Shown: positions 11,070-27,448, counted from the stretch's first letter. The stretch is 64,000 bases of DNA from Octopus vulgaris (GCA_951406725.2 OX597819.1:45756001-45820000), one strand, 5' to 3'. Made by a program: numbers and translations. Notes: a model not told the origin generated them from the sequence alone.

Positions 11070-13260
11070 GTGGTTCATTTGTTTTTAGACTCCATATTCG
11101 AGTTACCTCTATTTCCAGATCTTTGTATTTTGAAAGTTTCTTCGTTTCTCTTAGTATTCTATTTTGAAAGTTTCTTCGTTTCTGTTGGTATTCATACATC
11201 AATTAGAAAGCATTATTTTCGTCTGCGATCTCTGACAACTATTACCGACCTATTGGCCTTAATTTCGCTATCTGTGTGTATTGGCATATCCCAGAATATG
11301 GTTCGTTTCTCACTTTCTGTAATCTTTTCTGGAATGTGCCTATACCATTTTTCCTGTTGTTATTCCATAGTTGACATAGCTTCCCGTGTATATAGGGCCA
11401 AACTCTGTCATGTCTGTGAATATATTCTTTGTTAACCAGGACTGGGCAGCCAGAAACAATATGGTTTATTGTTTCTTCTCCATCTTCACATATTCTGCAG
11501 TTATATTTGCTTTCATTGCATGGTTTTGGTAATTTCTGGTGGGAAGGCTTTGATCTTAAGCTTCAATTAAAAGTCCCTCAGTCTCTGTTTAAGCCCAGAG
11601 CTTCTCAGCTATTGTTGGGATTGTACTTTGTCTATTTCTTTTCTATTTGTTTTCTGTTTAGCTTAACCCAGTATTTGCCATGAAGGAGCTTTTCTTGCGA
11701 TCGTTCTATCATGATCCGTTGCTGTTCCAGTCTTAGTTGTTTTACAGCTTTTGTTGTTACATCTTTTTCTTAATAATTGTTAGGTACTATGACTACTCTT
11801 TTGTATTTGCCAGCTTCCCTAAAATCTGAAATCAGTTTTTTGTTTTGTTCGAGTCTTGTGGTTATTTGTATTAGTTTCAATTGCTTCTGAAGTAAGTATT
11901 TCTGTAGCCCTATGGGGATTATTTAGTAATAGTTTTCTAGCTCTATAAGGCCTCTACCAGCTTCGATACGTTGTACATATAACCTTACTATGTCAAATTT
12001 TGGGTGATGCATCATAAATCCTGTCATTGTTTTTCTTGTTTTCATGTCTATTTTGATTAGTTCATTTGGAGTCCAGCTAAGAATATTGTAGCTGTAACTT
12101 ATAGCTGGGACGGCTAGAGTGTTGATACCTGTTATTGAGCTGTTTTCAGTATTAATCTAACAGTATTAATTTACTGTTTACAGTATTAATTTATGGTATT
12201 CCTTTTTTTTATTTTCTCTTTGATTTATATATGTTGTATCTAGTTCATTGATTCTTAAGTATTTGTATGTCTGGCTTTAGGCTAATTCTCTCATTTTGTT
12301 TGCTTTATCTAGTGTGATGTTGCTACTCTTAACTAGTTTTCCTCTTTTCAAGGTTGCTTTGGCACATTTTTCTAAGCCAAATTTCATGTTTATCTCTTTG
12401 GTAAATCCATATACTGTATGTAGTAATGCTTCCAGCTGTTTATCATTTGTAGCGTACAGTTTTAGATCATCCTTGTATAAGAAGTGGCTGATTGTTTTGC
12501 CGTCACAATTTCTTCCACATCCAGTTCTGTTTAGCATGTCAGGTGAACGTGTTAGTGCTAAGAAGAAAAGGAGTGGAGAGAGCTTGTCTCCCTGGATTAT
12601 TTCTTTTCTAATGAGCATGGCTTTGATTTTTATGAGTCAGTCTTTTGTCTGGAGCTGTAGCACTGTCTGCCATTCATTCATGGAATGTTTTATATATTTT
12701 ATGATTATTGATGCTACCTTGCCCATGGCTAGCGTTACTCGGATCCATGCGTGAGGAGTACTATCAAAAGCCTTTCAGTAATCGATCCAGGCTATACATA
12801 GACCCTTCTTCTTTCTATGGCTGTCTTCAGTTATGGTTTTATTGATCAGTAGCTGATCTTTAGAGCCGTATGATCCCTTGCAGCATTCCTTCTGCTCTTC
12901 TGGAAACAGGCTGTTTTCTCCCAAATGTTTGCTCAGTCTCTGCGATATTATTGCAGTAAAGGCTTTGTAAATTGTAGGGAGATAAGTAATCGATCTGTAA
13001 TTCATTTGGTTTGCCGTTTCGGCGGTTTGGGGAATTAGCATAGTTTTCTCTTCTGTGAGCCATTCAGGCATTGTCTATGGCTCTGCTAGTATTTCATCAA
13101 ATTTCTCAGCCAGCTATTTATGTGTTCCTGTGAGGTATTTTAACCAGAACTTGGTGACCTTGTCGTGCCCGGGTGCCTTCCAGTTGCCTTGTTTTCGAAG
13201 TGCCTCGGTGACCTCTTCAGTTGTTATAGGGTCCAGTATTGTTCAGTTGTTAGTTGTTAC
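11070..13260 (-). pseudogene. Degenerate R4/Dong-like non-LTR retrotransposon (RT + RLE), frameshifted
   Basis: Fragments [67 protein letters not shown]...[11 protein letters not shown]; homologous to 48867-50885. Confidence 0.85.
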
Positions 13261-13461
13261 AGGGGTCCAGAGTTGTTCAGGTTTTAGTTGTTATAGGGGA
13301 TCACAGCTTTTCTGGAGTTAGTTGTTATAGAGGGCAAGAGTTGTAGTTGTTATAGGGGACTAGAGTTGTAGTTATTATAGTGATCCAGAGATGTTTATTA
13401 TTATATTACTATTATGGTACGCTGGGGAAAATGCTTACTTTTATTATTATTGTTATTATTA

Positions 13462-13502
<41 letters not shown>

Positions 13503-13544
13503 GTTATTGTTGCTGTTGTTGTTGTTGTTGTTATTATTATTATT

Positions 13545-13620
<76 letters not shown>

Positions 13621-13636
13621 TCACTATTATTATTAT

Positions 13637-13841
13637 GGCGGTGACCTGTCACAATCGTTAGCACGCTTGGAAAAATGCAAAGCAGCATTTCGTTCATCTT
13701 TACGTTTTGAGATCGAATTCCACCAAGGTCGACATTACCTTTCCTACTTTCGGGGTCGGGAAAATAAGTTGAACACTGGGGCCGATGTAGTCGACTTACC
13801 CCCTCACCGAAACTGCTGGCCTTATGTCAAAATTTGAAACC
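13637..13841 (+). mobile_element. SINE family A, degraded
   Basis: GGCGGTGACCTGTCACAATCGTTAGC head and family A core. Confidence 0.7.
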
Positions 13842-13851
13842 ATCGTCAGTT

Positions 13852-14295
<444 letters not shown>

Positions 14296-14912
14296 CAGCA
14301 ACAGTACATTTGTTTATTTCTAAAATATCAGTAACTTATTGAAAAACAACAGTTCTGTATTACAATGTCTTCTCCATGTTCCTTGAGGCAAATTGAATAA
14401 AATCTCTAACTCACTCACCCTGACCTCTCTTTCCACTCCCCTCACTCTCGCCTCCTCCTTATCTTGCTTTGCCTCCTTTATTAATATTATCCTAATCATT
14501 GTTGTTCTTTTTGTGGCTGCCGTTGCTGTTGTTGTTGTTGTTGTTGCTATTGTTGTAGTTGTTGTTTTTACCACAAAGCTGCCAAAGTTATCAATATAAC
14601 CCGAAAGATTAAGCTGTTGAAATAAGCCAAATAGATAAACGTATGAAAAGAATGAATACACTTAAAGAAAGCAAAATGCATTGCAGCCATGAACTCTGAG
14701 ATTTACTCATAATTACTAAAGACTATTGAATAAAGATTAAGAACAAAATAGAGAAAGGCAAAAAAAGGAAAAAAAGAAACGAAAAACCCAATGCAAATAA
14801 ATATATATACACATACACATACACGAATACGTTATTGCAATGAGAATCCAAGCACACGCACATATATATATATGCAATCATGCGTATGTATGTATGTATG
14901 TATGTAAGTATA

Positions 14913-14999
<87 letters not shown>

Positions 15000-15014
15000 A
15001 TATACATATGTATG

Positions 15015-15083
<69 letters not shown>

Positions 15084-15363
15084 ATATATATATGTATACA
15101 TATCCATATATATATATATATATACATACGTATATAATGCATATATATACTGTAGGTATATAAAGATAGGTTCGTACGGATTCACACACACATGCACGCA
15201 CACTCACACACGCACATATATGAAGAGTGAGCAATACACAGAGACAGAGCGAGAGAGAGTAAAGAGTAACAATACGTATTATCAGGTGATAGCTCTCTTT
15301 AGACGAATAATTTTATCATAGCAGAAAATACTTAGAAATGTTGAATTTTATTGTTATTATTGT

Positions 15364-15431
<68 letters not shown>

Positions 15432-15726
15432 TTCACTCTTACTTTGAATAATTTCACTTTTATAATTACTTTTCTGTAATTACTGACTCACACACAAAAC
15501 ACAGACTATATGGATAGAAATATGCAGATTGGTGTGTATATGTGTGTGTGTTCGTGGAACTATGAGTATTTGCTCACACAGATACACACATACATATATA
15601 TATATACATATATACACATGTATATAAATATATGTATATGTATGTATAAGTATATATATGTGTGTGTGTCTCTCTATGTATGTATTTATTTATATACACA
15701 TGCGTGTGTGTGCCTGTATGTGTGTA

Positions 15727-15778
<52 letters not shown>

Positions 15779-15781
<3 letters not shown>

Positions 15782-16005
15782 CGGCAAGCTGGCAGAAACG
15801 TTAGCACGCCAGGCGAAATGCGTAGCCTTATTTCGTCTGCCGTTACGTTCTGAGTTCAAATTCCGCCGAGGTCGACTTTTCCTTTCATCCTTTCGTGATC
15901 GATAAATTAAGTACCAGTTACGCACTGGGATCGATATATTCGACTTAATCCGTTTGTCTGTCCTTGTTTGTCTTCTCTGTGTTTAGCCCCTTGTGGGTAG
16001 TAAAG

Positions 16006-16009
<4 letters not shown>
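15779..16009 (+). mobile_element. SINE family A, near full length
   Basis: GGCGGCAAGCTGGCAGAAACGTTAGC...GAGTTCAAATTCC...TTGTGGGTAGTAAAGAAAT. Confidence 0.85.
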
Positions 16010-16042
<33 letters not shown>

Positions 16043-16275
16043 TATATACAAGTATTACCAGCCCGGAAGCATTTTTCTTCCCTTAAAGAGTATCGTTACT
16101 TTCACTTCTATTTTTTAGTAAACTCACTCTTTCTCTCTCTTACTCCGAAAGTCACTGTAGGTGGCAACAGCAACCCGGGCATTTTTTTACACGCACATGC
16201 ATACATGCATGCATAAATACATACATACATATATACATACGTACATAAGTATATACATACATTCGTACACACACA

Positions 16276-16316
<41 letters not shown>

Positions 16317-16584
16317 GCCTATCACAGAAATTCTGTTTTATAATCCCTCCAGCTTAAAAGATGTTTCCGAAATCATCGAGACACGGAAGCATAATTCCGG
16401 GGTTAATGTAATATATACTGATTTGCTTTGCCTGATACATTCTACACATCCATATTACCTTTTGTTTTCTTATCATAGCTCTAATTGAATTAGATATTTA
16501 TTTACTTACATTGAGCAATATCTGTGAGAAGAACTCGTATATATTTGATTTGTGATGCGAAATCTAAATTACAAGTGTATCTCT

Positions 16585-16663
<79 letters not shown>

Positions 16664-16742
16664 AGCAAAAAACAAAAAACGAAGGCAGGTGGTGTAGACA
16701 ACAAACAGATGTATTAGCATAACGCTCGGGAAGTGAATAAGT

Positions 16743-16778
16743 CTTTAACGTTTCGAGCCTACGCTCTTCCACAGAAAG
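16743..16778 (-). ncRNA. Minimal PLE-type hammerhead motif (core CUGUGGA)
   Basis: Minus CTTT-CTGTGGA-A-GAGC GTAG GCTC-GAAACG-TT-AAAG; same family as 25139 and 55674. Confidence 0.6.
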
Positions 16779-17269
16779 GAACAGAGAAAGAAACATGGAG
16801 AGAAAATAAAGAATGTGCAGTGGCTAGCGATCTATCATGGCGAATGCCGTACAGAGGAGTCACACAGGAGAGCAAGGAAGAAGGGTAGATAATAAAGTAG
16901 TCCCAAAACGAAGGTGCGAATGCGTATGTATAAGAGAGCATGTATGTGCGTGTGGAAGAGGGCTGGTTATCTTGACGTGTGCGTGTGTGTATGTGTAGGT
17001 GTGAAAATCTGGTTCTGGGAAGTGGTCAGTTCTGATGTGTGCGTGGTGGTGTGTTGTGATGTGATGTGTTGTGTGGTGTAAGTTGTAGTGGTGTGTGGTG
17101 TGATGTGATGGTGTTGGGAGGTGAGGGAGGCGAGAGTGGGGAAAGCAAGTGTGGGGTGCGGGCTAGTCTGAGGGTGGGGTATGAGGGTAGGAGGATGGTG
17201 GGGGTAGAGGTAGGGTATATGGGATGTGGACGGATAAGGAAGTTGGGTGTGGAATGTGTAGGGTTGGGG

Positions 17270-17448
17270 TGGGCTTGTGGTAAGAAGCTTGCTTCCCAAC
17301 CACATGGTTCTGGCTTCTGTCCCACAGTGTAGCACCTTGGACTAGTGTCTTCTAATATATCCACGTACCGACCAAAGCCTTTTGAGTGGATTTGGTAGAC
17401 AGAAACTGAAACAAGCCCGACATATATGTGTATGTGTGTGTGTGTATG

Positions 17449-17502
<54 letters not shown>

Positions 17503-17740
17503 GATATGTATGTATGCATGTATGCATGTATGTATTTGTGTTAGTCTGCATTTCTCCCCTTACCATCACTTGAGAAATGATGTTGGTGTGTTTACGTCCC
17601 CTTAGCTTAGCCGTTCGGCAAAAGAATCCGATAGAATAAGTACTAGACTTACAAAGAATAAATAGTGATGTCGATGTGTTCGAGTAAAGGCTGTGCTCTA
17701 GCATGGCTGCAGTGAAATAACTCAAATAAGTAAAAGAAAA
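17270..17740 (+). mobile_element. SINE family B
   Basis: GTGGTAAGAAGCTTGCTTCCCAACCACATGGTTC head, internal (TA)n, family B tail. Confidence 0.8.
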
Positions 17741-18067
17741 AAGAACAAAAGAATATCATCCCGGTTCTGTGTCAATTATGTAAATTTTATATTTATAAGT
17801 CTACATGTTCTGTTTCATCTCGTATGACATATTTGTTTCTTTTTTACTTACTTTTGCATTGATCTTCATGACTCAGATATTTATCATATACTTACGCAAC
17901 CGTATTAGTAAAATTTTTACATGTTTGTCTCCGACTGACGAGACGTCACTCAAAATAACCAATTGCATGTAGCACACAAACACATACATACATACATACA
18001 TACATACACACATAATACATACATACATACATACATACATGCATACATACATATATTTATATATATA

Positions 18068-18319
18068 TTGGGTTGGTGCATAATTTTTGCGGTTTCTTTA
18101 AACAAATTTTATTCAACAAAAACAAACAATAACAAGGGGTAACAAACACATCTTAGAAGGATTATTCCGGAGCATATTCACTATCTACTTCAGTTACAGC
18201 TTCCCATTTGATTGGCGGATGGCCAGACCGTCATTTAAAGATGTTTTTGTTAAACATTTTATTGTTTTTTTTAAATAAAATTTGTTGAAAAAAGCCGCAA
18301 TAATTATTCTCCAACCCAA
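18068..18319 (-). mobile_element. Internally deleted mariner/Tc1 element (MITE-like)
   Basis: TIRs TTGGGTTGGTGCATAATT..GCGG / CCGCAATAATTATTCTCCAACCCAA in TA context; minus strand encodes PIKWEAVTEVDSEYAPE*, like a mariner transposase C-terminus. Confidence 0.7.
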
Positions 18320-18328
18320 CATATATAT

Positions 18329-18374
<46 letters not shown>

Positions 18375-18431
18375 CTATATATATATTTTTATATCTATAT
18401 ATATCTATATATCTATATATGTATATATATC

Positions 18432-19215
18432 TATAAACAACTTATAAAAAAGGGCAAAAGAAAAAAGTTCTGAGAAAAATCTTATGAATTAACTCTGAAA
18501 TTGGGACCAATACGATAATAACGGAATTTTTTAGAAATTTCTGTCGGCTTACTTCGAGACGCGTGTTTATAGTTATAAATTATATGGTTATTGACGATTT
18601 TTTTTTGTATTTTTGGCATATTTGGCATTAGAATTTTTTCTTTTGCTTTTGTTTATAAGTTGTTTATAAATTTAACCTTTAAAGGTATTTTTTAATATGC
18701 TGGCCATTGATAGAATTTTTTTCGAAAAATTTTATCCTATGTTAGATGTGTATTTAATTATGTTCACTTTCGGACTCTCTCACTCCATGAGAGGTTTCAG
18801 TCCCATCACACGTGTCTCGAGGCGAGTTGGAGAATTTCTATTTTGGACATATTTGGGGTACTTAATTGTGCTCATGACTTAGTGTTTGCTTCTTCCATGG
18901 GTATAAGTAAGTATTTCATTTATTTCTTACCGTATTTATCGCTGACGAGGAGAAAATTCTAATCAATTAACTCTGAAATTGGGACCAACACGATAATAAC
19001 GGAATTTTTAGAAATTTCTGTCGGCTTACTTCCAGACGCGTGCTTATAGTAATAAATTTGTATGGTTATTGATGATTTGTGTATTTTCGGCATTAAAATT
19101 TTTTCTTTTGCCTTTATTTATAAGTTGTTTATAAATGTAACCCTTAAAGGTATTACTTAATATGCTGGACATTGATAAAATTTTTTCCGAAAAAATTTGA
19201 TCCTATATTAGATGT
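18432..19215 (+). mobile_element. Second retrozyme-like element: ~1.6 tandem copies of a 478 bp HHR unit with short inverted 5' arm
   Basis: CTCTGAAATTGGGACCAA at 18493 and 18971; 18432-18471 is the reverse complement of ~18630-18670; TA-rich flanks. Confidence 0.7.
18936..18996 (+). ncRNA. Type I hammerhead motif (site mutated to ACA here; AUA in the upstream partial copy)
   Basis: TTATCG-CTGACGA-GGAG...CTCT-GAAA-TTGG GA CCAA-CA-CGATAA. Confidence 0.7.
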
Positions 19216-19257
19216 ATATATATCTAAATATCTATATATCTACTTACACACACACAT

Positions 19258-19288
<31 letters not shown>

Positions 19289-19322
19289 CATATATATATA
19301 CATATACATATATACATATACA

Positions 19323-19384
<62 letters not shown>

Positions 19385-19735
19385 ATATTGTTTGATATGC
19401 GCCTCCTTTAATTCGGTAAAATTTTATTGATTATGGCGAAAACATCAATAAACTCGGCCTTTTTCCCATTCAGTTGGCGACATGACATCCAAATGAAAGA
19501 TGTATTATTGTGTCCTAGATTCAAATTATTTATATGCATATCTACATTGCATGATATATGGAAACTTCGATTCCATACCGTTCTGCCTACGTTAGATATA
19601 TGTTGATGTCGTTCCTCAATTATTTTATAATTATTTTTTAGCAACTTTCGTGAAAAATACGATATGATTGAAATACGTTGTCCTCTAATGGACATATCTA
19701 AACATTATCAACATCTACATATCCACGTATCCACA

Positions 19736-19783
<48 letters not shown>

Positions 19784-20145
19784 GTAGTGAATATACGACA
19801 GATGATGAGGCAGAAATGCAGAAATACATACCGGCAGATAAGTACACATACATACAAATATACACACATACATGCAAACATATATATGTATGGATATGTT
19901 TGTGTATATATATATATGTATATATATATGTGTATATGTATGAATATATATACATATAAGTATATATATATTACCTGCATATATATACACATCTATATTA
20001 TATATATGTATATATATATATGTATGTGTGTGTGTGTGTGTGTGTTGATACGTATACACATAGAAAGACACACACATATTTGACGTGATATGTAGGAAAA
20101 AAGAAATGCATATTGGAGCAGTAATTCCTTTATATGTTATATGTA

Positions 20146-20193
<48 letters not shown>

Positions 20194-20552
20194 GGTGCAT
20201 AAGCCCATGTGTTTTAGAATACAACAATATCCATGTTTATGTGTGTCTCTTCTGCATATTTGTAGAAAAAAGGAAAGAATGACGGATAGATACATAGAGA
20301 GAGTGTTTATGAAGGAAGAGGAACAATAGCTAAAATCATGTGATAATTCTGTTTAGACGAATAATTTTATCGCAACACAAAATACTTAGAAATGTGGAAT
20401 ATCCATTCTCGCTATTCTTGTTATTGTATTACTATTGTTGTTGTTGTTGTTGTTGTTGTTGTAGTGGTTGTGGTTGTTGTGCTGTTGTTGTTGTTGTCAT
20501 GGTTGTTGCCGTTGTTGTTAATGATATGAATGTTAATATTGTTGTCAATTAT

Positions 20553-21074
<522 letters not shown>

Positions 21075-21284
21075 TTTCGTGTTTACTTTTATTCCTTCAA
21101 TGTTGAATAATGTTTCTTTAGATTTACTTACCTTCTTTACAAAATTACATGCACGCACACACAACATATACATGCAAAGATACATGCGTACATGCATTCA
21201 TAAATGCACAGATATATATACATACTCACGCACAAAGATATGTAATAGATATGTAAAGTGTATATGTGTATATATGTATGTACG

Positions 21285-21321
<37 letters not shown>

Positions 21322-21348
21322 TCATATATATATATGTATATATATGTT

Positions 21349-21406
<58 letters not shown>

Positions 21407-21887
21407 CATATATATACACATATGTTAATATTATCTATACGTACCTATATTACTGCTTTTTTCTTCTATTTTCGTATCTTATACCTGTCTGTCAGTGGGT
21501 ATGCATGTATGCATTTATATGTACATGTGTTCGTGTGTGTACGTGTGTGTGTGTATCTTTGTGTTCATATGTGTGTGGGTGTATGTGTGTCTGTTTATGT
21601 TTCTGTGTATGCGTGTGTCTGTGCGTGTGTGTGTGCGGCAAGCGCGTACTTGTATGCGTCTCTGTACATATATTCTTTTCATTCAACCTTCTCAAAAGTT
21701 CTTTATATAAAAATTGCAGTGTTATTTTTTTTTCTATTTATTTATAAAGCAACAATATCACAATAGGCAAGAGATTCACAAGACGGCATCATAATTCTCT
21801 TGCGATAGCTTTAGTCTGCTAAAATGGCTTCAATTCTTGGCATTATAACATAGCCGATATTATGACTTGCAACACCTTAGTATACAC

Positions 21888-21986
<99 letters not shown>

Positions 21987-22227
21987 GTATGTATGTATAT
22001 GTATATACACAGAAACACACATATATATGCCAGTGATAAAATTATTGCGAATTGACTCATACGCAAACGAGCACAGACACAGACATACACACACACACAC
22101 AGACTAACACAAGTACGAACACACACACATACACACACTCACAAACCAGAATTATAAGCACAATATTTGAGACTCATTAGCGCTCATATACAATCACACA
22201 CACACATACACTTGTACATGCACACAG

Positions 22228-22302
<75 letters not shown>

Positions 22303-22716
22303 CATGCATACACAGACGAATAAGAGCTTGTGCGCTATTGTATATAGAAACATTAATAAACCCCCGCACACACAGATAGACAAATACGCCACATACACAC
22401 ACATACACGCACACACGTACTTACACGCATATCTACTTCAACTCGCCATCCTGCACCAACAATGTTCCATTCAATATTCTACTTCGATGAGATGAAGTTA
22501 CATCATGAACATTATCACCATCAACACTATCAGCAACAGCAGCAACAACATTCTTATTATTCTTATTCTTACTGCTGTTGTTGTTGCTGTTGTTGTTGGT
22601 GGTGTTGGTGGTGGTGGTAATGGTGGTGGTGGTGGTGGTGGTGGTGGTGGTGCTGCTGCAGTTTTCTGCAGTTGTTATATTTACTTTAATATTTTTGCAA
22701 GGATTATCATAAAAAA

Positions 22717-23340
<624 letters not shown>

Positions 23341-23595
23341 ACTTTGATGGGTTTGGTGAGGGTTTACTAGTGGTAGTTGCGGTGACGGTGGTGGTGATTC
23401 TCCTTACTCCTGCTAATGATGATAAAACGTATATTAATAATGATATTTGATATTACTATTATTTTTGTTGCTTTTATTGTCATTATGATCATTACATGTA
23501 GATATTTCTTATGCTTGTTGTTATTGAACTTGTTAGCGTTCTCGTAACTGTATTTGATGTTGCTATTATTACTACTGCTACTGCTGCTGCTGCTG

Positions 23596-23637
<42 letters not shown>

Positions 23638-23674
23638 ATACTAATACTTCTACTACTACAACCACTATTGCTAC

Positions 23675-24037
23675 TCTTTTACTCTATTAATCGTTTCAGT
23701 CATCTGAATGTGTGGCCATGCTGGAGCACCGCCTTTAGTCGAGCAAATCGACCCCATAACTTATTCTTTGTAAGCCCAGTACTTATTCTATCTCTCTGTT
23801 TTGTTGAACGGCTAAGTTACGGGGACATAAACACACCAGCATCGGTTGTCAAGCAATGTTGGGGGATAGATGTAAACACACAAACACACACATACATATA
23901 TATACATAAACATATATACGGCGGGCTTCTTTTAGTTTCCTTCTACTAAATCCATTCACAAGACTTTTGTCGGCCCGAGGCTATAGTAGAAGTCACTTGC
24001 CCAAGGTGCCACGCAGTGGGACTGAACCCGGAACCAT
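23675..24037 (-). mobile_element. SINE family B
   Basis: Colinear with 6330-6779 plus 10215-10372. Confidence 0.85.
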
Positions 24038-24244
24038 ATATTGAATATATTGAAAAAATTCATTTTTTAAAAATACACGCGCATATAATAGCCATCACTC
24101 TCGCTCTCATATTGTGTGTGCGTGTGTGTGTGTGAGTTCGTGTTTGTGTGGCACAAATAAATTAGTTTGGATAATGCACGTACAAAAGTCACATATGCAG
24201 TGTAGACTCAAGTACGTGTACATCTATGTATAAACGATAAACGT

Positions 24245-24532
24245 CGCCCTTTTCAAGCCTAGCCAGGCTCATGGGCTCGGTTTCCCAGTTTCTGTGGCGT
24301 ATGTGTTCCTCCCAGCTGGATGGGACGCCAGTCCATCGCAGCGTTACTCAAGAAACAGGAAGAGTGTGTGCGAGAAAATTTTGGCGAAAGAGTAAAACAG
24401 GGGTCGCCACAAACCCCTGCTGGAGCTTTAAAGTGTTTTCGCTCAATAAACACACACAACGCCCGGTCTGGGAATCGAAACCGCGATCCTCCGACCTCGA
24501 GTCCGCTGCCCTAACCACTGGCCCATTGCACC
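24245..24532 (-). mobile_element. tRNA-derived SINE
   Basis: Minus head GGTGCAATGGGCCAGTGGTTAGGGCAGCGGACTCGAGGTCGGAGGATCGCGGTTTCGATTCCC. Confidence 0.75.
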
Positions 24533-24988
24533 TCTATATATATACATACATAATTCCCTTATGCACGTACTCTTCCAAGAATTCATGCATAGCCATAAGA
24601 TATAAAAGACACATAAATGCAGAAACGTACACGTCTTCATCCTAAACATATATATCTGTGTGCACTGAATGGAATTTAGGCATTTATCCGGGTGTATATA
24701 ATTTATACGAGTATAAATTACGATTAGTTATTCGACTACTCATATTCAAACCACAAACATATTCTTATACGTATTTATACACTCGTCCGGTTGAAGATGT
24801 AAAAGGTAGGTACAGAGTATTTCATTTCATATCAATCTTCATTTCTTATCACACCACTCGCTTCCCTATCTCTGTAGGAGAATGTGAGTGGATTTTTTTG
24901 TCGACTGTTAGACTATAATTTCTTTATCTCTTCCATTAGGTCTTTTGATTCTTCTTACAGTATCCCCTCTTGCACTATATTACATATA

Positions 24989-25041
<53 letters not shown>

Positions 25042-25138
25042 CGGGAAGCTTTATGAAAATAAACAAAAGACGAAGGCAGGTGGAAAACAAACGAACAATT
25101 GTATTAGTATGGCGCTCAGGAAATATAAATAAAACAAG

Positions 25139-25176
25139 TCTTTAACGTTTCGAGCCTACGCTCTTCAACAGAAAGA
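25139..25176 (-). ncRNA. Minimal PLE-type hammerhead motif (core CUGUUGA)
   Basis: Minus TCTTT-CTGTTGA-A-GAGC GTAG GCTC-GAAACG-TT-AAAGA; element 25040-25200 lies between (TA)n tracts. Confidence 0.6.
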
Positions 25177-25199
25177 TACACAGAGAGAGAAAAACACAG

Positions 25200-25277
<78 letters not shown>

Positions 25278-25367
25278 ATATTGTTGTATTTCGGAATGGT
25301 CATATATATTTGGTGTTACTTTGCTTCAGTGCTGTTAATTTTTTTACATTAATCTTAATCTTATTTC

Positions 25368-25411
25368 GGCCAGAGTTCTTTCGTCACACTTCTGTGACCG
25401 CATCATTGGTC
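25368..25411 (-). ncRNA. Degenerate hammerhead motif
   Basis: Minus GACCA-ATGATGC-G-GTCAC AGAAGT GTGAC-GAAA-GAAC-TC-TGGCC; core has two mismatches. Confidence 0.4.
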
Positions 25412-25577
25412 CTTTGCTTTCTTCTTTCTTATTTGTGTCTCTCCTTACTAACCGTCAGCAAAGTAACACCAAATATATAGTGCGTGTGTTTTTATTGGCT
25501 AAACTGGCAAAAAGACCATTCCGAAATACAATATCTGTTTCAACACACGACTTCACATAAAAAATCTTGCACAACAA

Positions 25578-25619
<42 letters not shown>

Positions 25620-25634
25620 GTATATATATGTATA

Positions 25635-25840
25635 TATGTTTGTGTGTCTGTGTTTGTCCCCCCAACATCGCTTGACAACCGATGCTGATTTGTTTACGTC
25701 CCCATCGCTTAGCAGTTCGACAAGAGAAAGTACTAGGTTTACAAAGAATAAGTCCTGAGGTCGATAAGCTCGACTAAAGGCGGTGCTCCAGCATGGCCGC
25801 AGTCACATGACTGAAACAAATAAAAGAATAAAAGAATAAA
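25635..25840 (+). mobile_element. SINE family B 3' fragment
   Basis: CAACATCGCTTGACAACCGATGCTG...GGCGGTGCTCCAGCATGGCCGCAGTC. Confidence 0.8.
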
Positions 25841-25919
25841 AGAATGTACATATATGTGTGTGTATATGTATATGTATGTATATACATATGCATTTGTGTG
25901 TGTACGTATATGCATATAG

Positions 25920-25972
<53 letters not shown>

Positions 25973-27139
25973 TATATAACTATATGCATATACGTACACA
26001 CACAAATGCATATGTATATACATACATTTATAAGGGAATAGATCTGTTAATAAAACGAGTTTTTAAATATTGTCATTGAATCTAATGTAAGCGTTTTGGT
26101 ATAGTATTATTGTATTTTAGTGGAATAAAATACAGTCATACAAATTCAAAGGCAATTATCATGGAAGTGAAATTCTTTTGCGCAATCCATTTAGATATAC
26201 GAGAAATGATTGCATCTATTGATGTTAGCAACGCATTTTATATTGAAATGATTAAATGTGTTTCAAAAATATTTACTTCAAAAGTAATCAAGTTTATATC
26301 CCAAACCTGATGACGTGTATAAGCCATCCAGATATGACACCAAATTACACTGAGTAAATATCTGTGGAGATATTCGTTCACATGCATTTCAAGGAAAATT
26401 TGGATTGTCCCATAAAATCTTTGTTGGTCTGTTTTTATGATCCGAAAGGCTTTCACTGGGAAGAGATTTACTTTTATAAACAGAAGGTATAATGAACGCA
26501 ACCACATCAGAAAATAATAATATGTACGTTTACTAACATGGGGAAGAAATTTCCATGAAAAATTGTGAGGCATCAGATTCATATTTTCTCGTTAGATTTT
26601 TGTCAAATGTCAATTTTTTCCCGTCTCTTGAAGTAATATCCGAGAAAAATAATTATATTATCACTCGTGCCAACTGTAATTCGTACGCCTATTTCGCTAA
26701 ATAATTTTATGGAATCATTTCAAAGTTTATCTAATTTATTAATTATTGCGAGGTTCATGAAAGACCTTACTCTTTCAACATAGTCTCCTCGCAAGATATA
26801 TTTGTTTCCTCAAAAGTTCCCAATAAACTTACATCCTACGAGTTATTACATCATGTGAAAAGAATATACGTTTTTATGAAGTGAATATATGCACGAGTTA
26901 AACAGTTAAAAGAAAATCATTACACAAATTAAAGTACGTGCCATTTCATGACTCTCTGACGAATTTTTAAAATGTTTAATTTGTGTATTTATTGGCTGGA
27001 TGTAAACGATTTTTTTCGTATGGTTTAATAAACCTATTAATCCATAAAAACACGGCTGAAACAGATATAGCAAGAGAACCACTTTCCATCTGTTGCTATT
27101 CGTGTGTGTGTGTGTATATATATATATATAGCTATATTG

Positions 27140-27277
<138 letters not shown>

Positions 27278-27344
27278 ACAATTTTTATAATTTGTATAAG
27301 TTAAGCCCATTTATTCTATTATTATTTTTTATAATTATTATCTG

Positions 27345-27448
27345 AGACCTGATGAGAGACTATATTTTTAAATAAAATTAATTTTGAATCGAATTGATTT
27401 TATCATTATTATCTATTTGAAAATATAACTATGAAACGTGCGTAGTCT
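27345..27448 (+). ncRNA. Type I hammerhead motif with long AT-rich stem II
   Basis: AGAC-CTGATGA-...TATATTTTTAAATA...TATTTGAAAATATA..-GAAAC-GTGC-GTA-GTCT; base of stem II pairs poorly. Confidence 0.55.

Noticed and set aside
26110-26310. RT-like SIDVSNAF string
   Set aside because: Isolated motif with no other RT domains recognisable.
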